The translations under genes and the position numbers were made by a program. Below the pieces are notes generated by a model, which worked only from the letters and a program-made list of their open reading frames with translations, did not search any database and was not told the DNA's origin. From NCBI GenBank assembly GCA_963677015.1, contig OY781533.1, positions 3,265,231-3,329,230 on the forward strand: a stretch of DNA of 64,000 nucleotides, given 5' to 3'. Positions 17,366 through 25,587 of the stretch are shown piece after piece (the first letter of the stretch is position 1; each line of letters starts with the position of its first letter). This stretch comes from Planctomycetota bacterium (GTDB taxonomy: Bacteria > Planctomycetota > SZUA-567).

Positions 17366-18001
17366 GTGGAATTTGAGGACGGTACAGAGAGACCTGATTT
17401 GAAAAAATTATATTTTTCAAACAAACATCAGGGTAAACTGGGAAAAATCGGTGACCAGACCTTCTACACTATCCGCTATGAAGCGGGAAAACCCTTAACA
17501 CTCCCTTTTTCAAAACGTCCTTTCAGTGTACTGCTGAATCTTATCAGCAATCTTTCACGGGAAAGTATCGAACTACTCGCCAAGGAGCTGCTTGCTCAAG
17601 GCATGGCCTGTGCCATTTGCAATGGTGAGCAGGCTGATGAGGTTTCCGAAGTAATAGACGAAACTATCAATTCCTTTGATTCCTCGGACGATCAGTTCAC
17701 ACCTTACTCTTCTTCCTGTGAAGAAGGTTTTGACGAAGCCCTGCAGTATTTTGCTCTTCCCACCGGACTAACCACCGTAAGCGTTATAATCACTGTAGGT
17801 AACGACAGTGATCATGGTGCGACTATTGACTGCATCAATAACCTTGACAGCGCCGGGTGTGAGTTTCAACTGGTAGAAGACGAAGAAGAAGAAGAACTTC
17901 AGGCTGCCGATTTCGCGGCTATGTTCTTTAATGAAGCCGAGATTGACGAATATAAATATCTTCGTGAATATTGCGGTAACGAAGTCGCTTTAAGCAACTA
18001 A
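17366..18001 (+). CDS. Hypothetical acidic protein
   Basis: 211 aa. GTG start with GGGGGA 5 nt upstream. It has an acidic C-terminal stretch (VEDEEEEELQAAD). No recognisable motif. Confidence 0.4.
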   Translation: MEFEDGTERPDLKKLYFSNKHQGKLGKIGDQTFYTIRYEAGKPLTLPFSKRPFSVLLNLISNLSRESIELLAKELLAQGMACAICNGEQADEVSEVIDETINSFDSSDDQFTPYSSSCEEGFDEALQYFALPTGLTTVSVIITVGNDSDHGATIDCINNLDSAGCEFQLVEDEEEEELQAADFAAMFFNEAEIDEYKYLREYCGNEVALSN

Positions 18002-18216
18002 TTACCCCCTCAGCTTCAAACACTACATACTCGCCTCAATCTCTGCAATTATCAGTAATTCACCATCAGACATTCAAACAACACAAATCGCATTTCGAAA
18101 CATTTGCCATATATCTCTTGCTTATAACTATCAATCGGCTAAAATATAACACCTGTTTTGCATTTAGCACATTATAGTAATCTGTTTATAAAATTACAGA
18201 ACACAAAGGTATAAAA

Positions 18217-19596
18217 ATGGAAATAATCAGTAAAATTCTTGGGAAAAGCAAGGGTAGCGCGCTCACCCCTAAAGAGATAGTCGATAAACTCAATGAATAC
18301 ATAATCGGACAGGATCAGGGAAAGCGTGCCGTTGCCGTAGCAATACGAAACCGCTGGCGCCGCAAACAGATAGAAGAAAATATGCGCAAAGAGGTCATGC
18401 CGCGCAATATTCTGATGATCGGTCCTACCGGTGTAGGTAAAACTGAGATTGCCCGAAGACTTGCCGATCTGGTTGACGCCCCTTTCATAAAGGTTGAAGC
18501 CAGCAAATACACCGAAGTCGGCTACCATGGCCGCGACGTTGAAAGCATGATCCGAGATCTGGTAAAAGTATCGGTTGGAGAATTTCGCGCACGTGAGATT
18601 GAGCGGGTCAACAGCGAAGCTGCATTACATGCGGAAGAACGGATTCTAAACATAATGCTTCCGGAACCGGAACATACCGGTACGGATGAAGAAATTAGAA
18701 AATCTCGCGAACGCTGGGAACGAACCCGCGGTAAACTTCGCGATCGCCTTCGTTCTGGCGACATGGAAGAGAAATCAGTAGAAATCGCTGCAAAAGACAA
18801 AGCACCAGTATCAGGAGTAATCGGCGCAATAGGCGGCGACGATCTGATGGGACTGGAAATGCAGGATATGCTTTCAAGTCTGATGCCGGGCAAGAAGAAA
18901 CAGCGCCGGGTACCAATTCAGGAAGCACTCCGAATCTTCACTCAGGAAGAAGCGGAAAAACTTATAGATGAAGAGGAAATAAACCGAAAAGGTATCGAGC
19001 GTGCAGAACAGGAAGGCTTGGTCTTCATTGATGAAATTGATAAAATCATCGGTACCGCCAAGGAAAACGGTCCGGATGTAAGCCGTGAAGGTGTACAGCG
19101 GGATCTCCTTCCGATCGTTGAAGGCAGTACCATAACTACCAAATTCGGCGCGGTCAAGACCGATCATATCCTCTTTATCGCCGCCGGCGCATTCCACGGG
19201 AAAAAACCTTCTGATCTGATTCCCGAGCTTCAGGGTCGTTTCCCGATCAGAGTGGAACTGGAATCACTCAAAAAAGAAGATTACGAACGCATTCTGACTC
19301 ATCCCAAAAATGCCCTGACCAAGCAGTATGAACTCCTGCTGGAGACCGAAGGAATCAAGGTTGAATTTGCCGAAGGTTCACTGGGGCACATTGCCAAGAT
19401 TACCGAGAAGGTTAATCAGACTACGGATGACATCGGAGCACGCAGACTGCATACAATAATGGAAAAGATTTTCGAAGAGATATCCTTCGACGCACCGGAG
19501 AAGAAGGGTGATAAATTCATAATCACCCCTGAGCTTATAGATGAGAAGCTCGGTGATATTACTGAAGATGAAGATCTTTCCCGTTTCATTCTTTAA
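18217..19596 (+). CDS. hslU: ATP-dependent protease ATPase subunit HslU
   Basis: LTPKEIVDKLNEYIIGQDQGKRAVAVAIRNRWRR, Walker A GPTGVGKTEIARRLA, Walker B LVFIDEIDKI, IPELQGRFPIRVEL, and the C-terminal DLSRFIL tail typical of HslU. Confidence 0.93.
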   Translation: MEIISKILGKSKGSALTPKEIVDKLNEYIIGQDQGKRAVAVAIRNRWRRKQIEENMRKEVMPRNILMIGPTGVGKTEIARRLADLVDAPFIKVEASKYTEVGYHGRDVESMIRDLVKVSVGEFRAREIERVNSEAALHAEERILNIMLPEPEHTGTDEEIRKSRERWERTRGKLRDRLRSGDMEEKSVEIAAKDKAPVSGVIGAIGGDDLMGLEMQDMLSSLMPGKKKQRRVPIQEALRIFTQEEAEKLIDEEEINRKGIERAEQEGLVFIDEIDKIIGTAKENGPDVSREGVQRDLLPIVEGSTITTKFGAVKTDHILFIAAGAFHGKKPSDLIPELQGRFPIRVELESLKKEDYERILTHPKNALTKQYELLLETEGIKVEFAEGSLGHIAKITEKVNQTTDDIGARRLHTIMEKIFEEISFDAPEKKGDKFIITPELIDEKLGDITEDEDLSRFIL

Positions 19597-19648
19597 CACG
19601 ATGAATATTACTGCCAAGCAAAGACGTTAGAGAAAGATATTGATTAAA

Positions 19649-20428
19649 ATGGCCAGACATAAGAAACCGCCGCTGAACATTCAGGTTACCACCCTCTGGG
19701 AATATCCCTCACAGCACTACGGTGAAGAGATACAGGGAAACTCCAATTACATAGGAGCGACCCCAAGTTATATCATCTGGAATCTTCTCCAGCGCTATAC
19801 TACCGAGGGGCAATCGGTTGTAGATCCGATGTGCGGCAGCGGAACCACCATTGACGTGGCCAGCGATCTCAAACGTAAAGGTTTCGGCTTTGACCTCAAT
19901 CCTCAACGTCCGGATATCACCCTGAACGATTCGCGCAATCTTCCTCTGGCGGATGAAAGTATGGATTTTGCCTTTGTTGATCCCCCATATTCAACTCATG
20001 TTGATTACTCAGACGACCCTCGCTGTATCGGTAAACTCAGCGCCCTGACCAATGATTACTATATTGCCATGGAGGATGTCATTCGCGAACTGTACCGCGT
20101 ACTCAAGCCTGACCGCTATATGGGGCTATACGTCTCAGACTCTTACATCAACAAAAAGAAAAAATTTATGCCTATAGGCTTTGAATTGTTTTATATAATG
20201 CAGCGCTATTTCGAAGCGGTGGATATCATTTCGGTGGTACGCCATAACAAGACTCTGCAACAGGGAAATTACCGCAAAGCCGCGGAAGAGGAAAACTTTT
20301 TCCTCCGCGGCTTCAATTACCTCTTTATAATGCATAAAGCAGCCCCAAAACAGCAGCCAAACCGTAAACAGCAGCACAGAAAAAAACGCAAAAAAAGCGG
20401 CAGCGGCAAGAAGACTCCGAGACAATAG
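19649..20428 (+). CDS. Solitary SAM-dependent N-methyltransferase (DPPY motif; DNA N6/N4 or RNA target unresolved) with K/R-rich C-terminal tail
   Basis: AdoMet motif VVDPMCGSGTT (aa ~60) is followed ~45 aa later by FVDPPY. C-terminal tail KQQPNRKQQHRKKRKKSGSGKKTPRQ. Start moved to the first ATG (MARHKKPP). No endonuclease gene is adjacent. Confidence 0.65.
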   Translation: MARHKKPPLNIQVTTLWEYPSQHYGEEIQGNSNYIGATPSYIIWNLLQRYTTEGQSVVDPMCGSGTTIDVASDLKRKGFGFDLNPQRPDITLNDSRNLPLADESMDFAFVDPPYSTHVDYSDDPRCIGKLSALTNDYYIAMEDVIRELYRVLKPDRYMGLYVSDSYINKKKKFMPIGFELFYIMQRYFEAVDIISVVRHNKTLQQGNYRKAAEEENFFLRGFNYLFIMHKAAPKQQPNRKQQHRKKRKKSGSGKKTPRQ

Positions 20429-20455
20429 CACCAAAGCAGAAAAAAGAGCCTGCGT

Positions 20456-21100
20456 CTATTTTCTTATTCCGACAAAAGACTTTGTCAATAGACATAAGCG
20501 CTCACGATAAAGCTCTGCATCCGGGAATAAGGTTCTAAAAGCAGTAGCAGAGAGGAGTTTTATTCGCTCCTGTGAGATTACCGATTCACGGAAAGTTTTA
20601 TGCTTATAGCGCCAGCCGAGAATCCGTATCTGTGAGTATACCGGGAGCCAGTGGTAGAATGGCAGCATATAATGCGGCTCCAGCGGAAACCAGTAATTTG
20701 GCGTCTGTACAAAATAACAAGGAGCCAGACGGCGTATTTCCCCCGCAAAGCACTCCATACTCTCCCAGCTGCCTACATGCTCAATCACCGAATTGGAATG
20801 CGCAATATCAAACTGATTATCGGCAAACTCCGACAAGCTGCAGGCATCGGCAGAAAGACTACTGAAATATTCATTATCTGCAGCCATCCCGGCAGCTTCA
20901 TTATTTACCAGTGTGACATGAATCTTCTTCTGCTCCAAGATCTCTTCAGGAAGTATCTGCCAGTATTCTCTGGTTCCGCCAAGATCGATAATCCTAACAC
21001 GACCCTTCTTTTGGTAACAATTTTCAATCAGCTCCAGACAGCGTCTGAACCGTTTTCTGCGAAAGTGCGCCACACCGTTACGACCGAACTTATTCTGCAT
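20456..21100 (-). CDS. Class I SAM-dependent methyltransferase (EPS locus)
   Basis: VRIIDLGGTREY (motif I-like) and FDIAHSNSVIEHV (post-II/III) are typical of Methyltransf_11/23-type enzymes. Start placed at MQNKF, overlapping the upstream transferase by 11 nt. It is the last gene of the minus-strand EPS operon. Confidence 0.6.
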   Translation of the reverse strand: MQNKFGRNGVAHFRRKRFRRCLELIENCYQKKGRVRIIDLGGTREYWQILPEEILEQKKIHVTLVNNEAAGMAADNEYFSSLSADACSLSEFADNQFDIAHSNSVIEHVGSWESMECFAGEIRRLAPCYFVQTPNYWFPLEPHYMLPFYHWLPVYSQIRILGWRYKHKTFRESVISQERIKLLSATAFRTLFPDAELYRERLCLLTKSFVGIRK

Positions 21101-22271
21101 TATTTTTATCCCGATTTTCTGAAGCTGCAATCTGTATAGCATCCCATATTTTTTTCGCCTGCACCTCCCAGGTTATATGCTCCACCCGCTGCCGTTGCGT
21201 ATCAACCGGCGGCGGCGACTCCTTCAAATCACGCATTGCCTGCGCAAACTTTTCCGGTGTCTCACAACTTCTTATATATCCGGTATATTTTCTAAGCTCA
21301 TAAAAAGGTGTACTCACCACCCCTTTACCGACTGCAAGATACTCCTTGGTCTTTACCGGATTACAGACCTCTATCCAGTCATTACGGCACCAGGTCATAA
21401 AAAGTACATCCGCAGCGGCCATATACCCGGCAACCTCACTATAGTCACGTTTACCCATAATATGCACATTAGGCAGTTCATGGCACCACTCAGCTCCAAA
21501 AGCCACACTCCCGACCAGAATGAAACTCCAGTCAGGCAGCAGTCGCGCCAGCTCATGAAAGAAATCAGGATCAAATACACCATGATCCATTCCTCCCACA
21601 TATACCGCACGTGGCTGTGATATATCAGCAATATCCGCAGGTTGCTTCGCCAGATCAGCTCCCGAAAAATAATCATAATCCACACCATGCTCAATATATA
21701 AAGCCTGACGGCAGCCTTCCTGCTCACGCTCAAAAAGCAGTGTCGAGCAGAAAACCGTAAATTCTGATTCTTCTTTGAGCAACCGGTCCAGTGCAGAAAT
21801 ATACTCCGGATCCACCCCTGAATAATTTTCATACCGGTCGGTACGTTGATATACCTGAAGATGCTGTGGAAATTCTTGCAAAATCTCATAGGCTGGCGGG
21901 CAGCCGACCCAGATCAGCGGACGACGTATTTTACACCGCCTCAATGCAAGCTTCACCTGCAGTGCCAATAGCCGCTTCCCAAGTGCGTTACGTGATATAC
22001 CCGGAACATTTACAGGAGAAAATACAGCAAAGTTATTTCTTATCCGTTTCAATCCCCGCATAAAGCTCTTCGCCTTACGCTTGAGGCGCGTCAGAAACAT
22101 CCGCCCCTCTGTCGGACTGGGAATCTTCATTCCCAGTGAGTTGACATAGAGCACCGGAACTTCACGGGACAGCTCCCTCATAATCTGCAGATCAAAGTGG
22201 GTACGATTATGATACCACCAGTCCACCTGCCCGAAACAGAGTATACCGTCAAAATCCTCGATCCGCTCCAT
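21090..22271 (-). CDS. Glycosyltransferase (GT-B fold, GT1/GT4-like)
   Basis: 393 aa. The C-terminal region YMAAADVLFMTW....NPVKTKEYLAVGKGVVST resembles the nucleotide-sugar binding E-x7-E region. Its start overlaps the upstream gene's stop by 1 nt, in the same operon. Confidence 0.55.
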   Translation of the reverse strand: MERIEDFDGILCFGQVDWWYHNRTHFDLQIMRELSREVPVLYVNSLGMKIPSPTEGRMFLTRLKRKAKSFMRGLKRIRNNFAVFSPVNVPGISRNALGKRLLALQVKLALRRCKIRRPLIWVGCPPAYEILQEFPQHLQVYQRTDRYENYSGVDPEYISALDRLLKEESEFTVFCSTLLFEREQEGCRQALYIEHGVDYDYFSGADLAKQPADIADISQPRAVYVGGMDHGVFDPDFFHELARLLPDWSFILVGSVAFGAEWCHELPNVHIMGKRDYSEVAGYMAAADVLFMTWCRNDWIEVCNPVKTKEYLAVGKGVVSTPFYELRKYTGYIRSCETPEKFAQAMRDLKESPPPVDTQRQRVEHITWEVQAKKIWDAIQIAASENRDKNNAE

Positions 22272-22750
22272 TACTTCTCTCCCTCAATAAAACCAATAAT
22301 CCGCTGTATCAGTGATCTGTCTGCACCTTTTATATCACGTTTACCCTGCAGTTTATCGCGGCTGTCTAGCAATAAATGCAGTTCTTCAGCGGTATTAGCC
22401 ACATATATCCCGGCTATTTCACCAAAATGTCTAGCGGTTGCAACCTGATGATCATTCCGGTGCTCCTTGAGTTCCGCCCGGCGCGGCATAATAATCAGCG
22501 GCTTACCATACTCTCTGGCGTTGAGAATAACTCCCATACCGGCATGGGCAACAATAAGCTCCGCTTCAGAGCATAAATGTGTAAATTCAGTAATGCTTAC
22601 AGAAGACACACACTTTATATTTTCCGGATTATAGCTTCCACCGCTACCGGACTGTACCAGTATCTCCGACTCAGCAGCTCCCTGCCAGGAGTCCAAAGCC
22701 TTTACCAGACGATCAAATGGCAGTTGAGTACCCACCGCAGCAAATATCAT
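22271..22750 (-). CDS. Alg13-like glycosyltransferase subunit (PssE/Cps14G family, Glyco_tran_28_C)
   Basis: 159 aa. MIFAAVGTQLPFDRLVKALD ... AELIVAHAGMGVILNAREYGKPLIIMPR ... HQVATA follows the short Alg13/Cps14G pattern. 4-nt overlap with the Alg14-like fusion gene upstream. Confidence 0.75.
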   Translation of the reverse strand: MIFAAVGTQLPFDRLVKALDSWQGAAESEILVQSGSGGSYNPENIKCVSSVSITEFTHLCSEAELIVAHAGMGVILNAREYGKPLIIMPRRAELKEHRNDHQVATARHFGEIAGIYVANTAEELHLLLDSRDKLQGKRDIKGADRSLIQRIIGFIEGEK

Positions 22751-24138
22751 AATACCCTTCCAGCATATTCTGGCCGCTGATCATCACCATCTCCGGCAAG
22801 ATGCTCCCACTGGGTCAGCCAGAGTTGTGCAAATTTTCCGGCAATTCTGCCGCTGAGAGAGAGCTCCTCACTATTGGCAATACTGTCCAGCCAGATGCAG
22901 CGTGCACCAAATACTCTACCAAGTATTACGGCAATCAGTCCGGGCAATGCCCCAGTTGAAATAACCACATCTGGTCGCACCCGCAGCATGATACAAAACA
23001 TCTGAATACAGGCAAAAGGTATACGCCACTTGCGCCAGCGATTCACATCCGCGACGGTAAAGAACCTGCTGCCTAACACGGTAGTACGATAATCGGAGCG
23101 GGTTGAGACAAAACTGCAATCATAAGAATCGAAGAGCTCTTCCAATCGAAGCAGCTGCTGCCAGTGCCCGCCGGACGACGCAACAGCCAGCACCTTTTTT
23201 CGCACCTTAGTACCCCTGCCGGCCCAGGCTCGCTTAAAATGGATCAACGCTCCGAAATGCTTCATAAATGCTGCGCGAAATCGCGGCTTGACCAGCGACA
23301 CAACACCAAAACCTATAGACTTATTAAATGACTCACACCAAAGCAGCAGCCAGGCAATAAGTGCGGCAATCAAACCATGATGCTTACGCTGCAACCGGAC
23401 CTGCGCCTGCGCCAGAAGAAGTTTCCGGGAATAATGTGTCTTATCACCACTCGCTCCGCCCAGATGAATAATCTCCCCGAGCGGCACAAACATCACCCGA
23501 TAGCCGCCATCCTTGAAACGCCGGCACCAGTCTGTCTCTTCACCGTAAAAAAAGAAATCCTCATCCAGCAGCCCTATTCGCCTGGTCGCTGAAGCCCGGA
23601 CAAGCAGAAAACAGCCGGTAATACTATCAACCTCCCGCTCGGAATCTCGCAGCCAGCCCTGCAGACGCTCCCGCCTGAAAAACCGCGATTCAGGAAAGAC
23701 CCGACCAAGACCTGTAGCCTGAATAGCCAGATTAAAAAGCGAAGGCCACATAAAACAGGTCTGCTGCAGAGAAAGATCCTGATTCAATACCCGGCAGCCA
23801 AGCATTCCGGCGTCTGCATTCTGCCGCATATAGCAGAGTGAAGCCTGCAGAACGTTATCACGTAAAAGAGTATCAGAATTCAAGAGCAGCCAGAATTCTC
23901 CCTGTGCGATCTCAAACCCCTGATTATTTGCAGCAGCAAAACCCCGGTTATCCTTATTAGCCAACAGAATAACTTCAGGAAAATCCTGAACAACCATCTC
24001 AACCGAGCCATCGCTGGAAGCATTATCAACAACGATAACTTCAACCTTCATCCCTGCGGAAAACTCAAACACACTCTTCAGGCAATCACGCAGTATTTCC
24101 CTCGTATTGTAACTGACAATAATTATTGAAAGCTCCAT
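22747..24138 (-). CDS. Fusion protein: family-2 glycosyltransferase (N-terminal) plus Alg14-like PssD/Cps14F membrane-anchor subunit (C-terminal)
   Basis: N-terminal GT2 motifs LSIIIVSYNT, VVDNASSDGS, NRGFAAANNQG, LLNSDT. After TM helices the C-terminus KKVLAVASSGGHWQQLLRLEELF...VVISTGALPGLIAVILGRVFGARCIWLDSIAN matches the Alg14/Cps14F pattern. Confidence 0.72.
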   Translation of the reverse strand: MELSIIIVSYNTREILRDCLKSVFEFSAGMKVEVIVVDNASSDGSVEMVVQDFPEVILLANKDNRGFAAANNQGFEIAQGEFWLLLNSDTLLRDNVLQASLCYMRQNADAGMLGCRVLNQDLSLQQTCFMWPSLFNLAIQATGLGRVFPESRFFRRERLQGWLRDSEREVDSITGCFLLVRASATRRIGLLDEDFFFYGEETDWCRRFKDGGYRVMFVPLGEIIHLGGASGDKTHYSRKLLLAQAQVRLQRKHHGLIAALIAWLLLWCESFNKSIGFGVVSLVKPRFRAAFMKHFGALIHFKRAWAGRGTKVRKKVLAVASSGGHWQQLLRLEELFDSYDCSFVSTRSDYRTTVLGSRFFTVADVNRWRKWRIPFACIQMFCIMLRVRPDVVISTGALPGLIAVILGRVFGARCIWLDSIANSEELSLSGRIAGKFAQLWLTQWEHLAGDGDDQRPEYAGRVL

Positions 24139-24140
24139 TA

Positions 24141-25547
24141 TCAGATCCAGCCTCCGGTATTACCGCCCTGATCCTCACCGGTACTGATCCAGCCACCGGC
24201 CTCAGAACGTTTCTTCTTTTTCTCCCCGCCGGAGAGTATACGTTTGGATACCTTTTTCTTGACCGCATCAGCGACAGCAACAGGACAGATACCAAGACTC
24301 GCCGTGATTCCCAACGACAGATAAAATAACACTTTTGCCTGACCAAAAACCGACAGAGAAAAGAAAATTGTGCACTGCATAAATAGTACTACCCACATAT
24401 TCCAGGTTACAAAACGCTCTGAAAAATCATCCTTTGCCGCGCGCGTCCGTTTCTGCAGCAGATACATAATATAGGTTATCAGCAGGACAAATAATGCAAA
24501 AGTCACAAACCCGCCACGCACTCCCTGCAGAATAAATTCATTGGTAACATCACCAAGACCTCTGCCCCAGAGATCAGTATTACGAAATCCTAAAAAGAAC
24601 CAATCGCTGACATTGGTAAGAAAGGCATTGATAAGACGGTACCGGTGATCACCGGTCGAACCGCCAACAACATTAAACCTGGCTATCAGCTGCCACACCG
24701 GTGCCCGCATATAAATATGTAGCGCCACGACACAGGTAATAAACCCGGTAACAATATGAAAAATACGATAACGGACAAAATAAAAGCACCAGCCGAATAA
24801 CCCCGCCATAACCCCCAGCACCGGAGTACTCGAAGCCGTTGCAGCTACAATCAACAGACTGCATGCAGTTCCGGTAACAGCTATCTTACGGTGAAATCCC
24901 CTTCTGTCATAGAGAGTAGCCATAAACGGTATAGCCACGCCCCAGAAATAACCTGCGATCAATGGATGCGAAAAGGCTCCTTCACAACGCAACCTTCCAT
25001 TTCTCACCCAGGTTATAAAATCAACCCCGCCAAAAACAGCAAAGTAATTTCTGCCGGTAGTCCATTCTATGGCAAAGAACACCGCAGTAGGCAGAGCGAT
25101 AATTGACAACTGCCTGCCGAACTGTTTGATATCTTCAACATTTCTAATAAATACCCGTGCCATAAAGTAAAAGCCACAGGCGGTAAATGCTTCACCAAGC
25201 TGATAGATTACAGCTTCACGCCTGCCCCACTGTAATGAATATACAAACCCTCTGGCAAAGAGCCACATTAATAGCAGCATATCAGCTTTACAGAAGCGAT
25301 ACCCCTTATGCTCGCCCTTGATGAAAATTCTAAACCAGGTCGTAAGAATAATAAGACGTGAAAAATTAAAATCCAGCCCCGCAATTGTTATTCGCTGCGC
25401 ATTCGAGACATAACACAATATCATCAGAATCGGAATAAATACCCAATCCCGTTTGAGCAGCAATATCAAAAAGGCGCATGTGAAAAACACAAATGCGCCC
25501 AAAGGATGTATTACCGTCGAATTATAATTCCAAACTTCTCGAAACAT
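24141..25547 (-). CDS. O-antigen ligase/polymerase-like (Wzy-type) integral membrane protein
   Basis: 468 aa with about 10-12 hydrophobic helices, placed between the chain-length determinant and the transferases. It has a K-rich cytoplasmic tail. Assignment rests on topology and context only. Confidence 0.55.
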   Translation of the reverse strand: MFREVWNYNSTVIHPLGAFVFFTCAFLILLLKRDWVFIPILMILCYVSNAQRITIAGLDFNFSRLIILTTWFRIFIKGEHKGYRFCKADMLLLMWLFARGFVYSLQWGRREAVIYQLGEAFTACGFYFMARVFIRNVEDIKQFGRQLSIIALPTAVFFAIEWTTGRNYFAVFGGVDFITWVRNGRLRCEGAFSHPLIAGYFWGVAIPFMATLYDRRGFHRKIAVTGTACSLLIVAATASSTPVLGVMAGLFGWCFYFVRYRIFHIVTGFITCVVALHIYMRAPVWQLIARFNVVGGSTGDHRYRLINAFLTNVSDWFFLGFRNTDLWGRGLGDVTNEFILQGVRGGFVTFALFVLLITYIMYLLQKRTRAAKDDFSERFVTWNMWVVLFMQCTIFFSLSVFGQAKVLFYLSLGITASLGICPVAVADAVKKKVSKRILSGGEKKKKRSEAGGWISTGEDQGGNTGGWI

Positions 25548-25587
25548 ATACTCACTCTACCGACAATATTCTGTAACTCAAATTAAA

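Noticed and set aside
17366-18001. Possibility that the gene upstream of hslU is hslV
   Set aside because: The product is acidic, lacks the N-terminal Thr active-site opening (M-TTI...) and shows no Ntn-hydrolase pattern, so it is not HslV.
20572-21620. Plus-strand ORFs (97, 162 and 147 aa) across the methyltransferase/glycosyltransferase genes
   Set aside because: They are antisense to an operon with tight gene packing and overlaps on the minus strand, and they contain no motifs.
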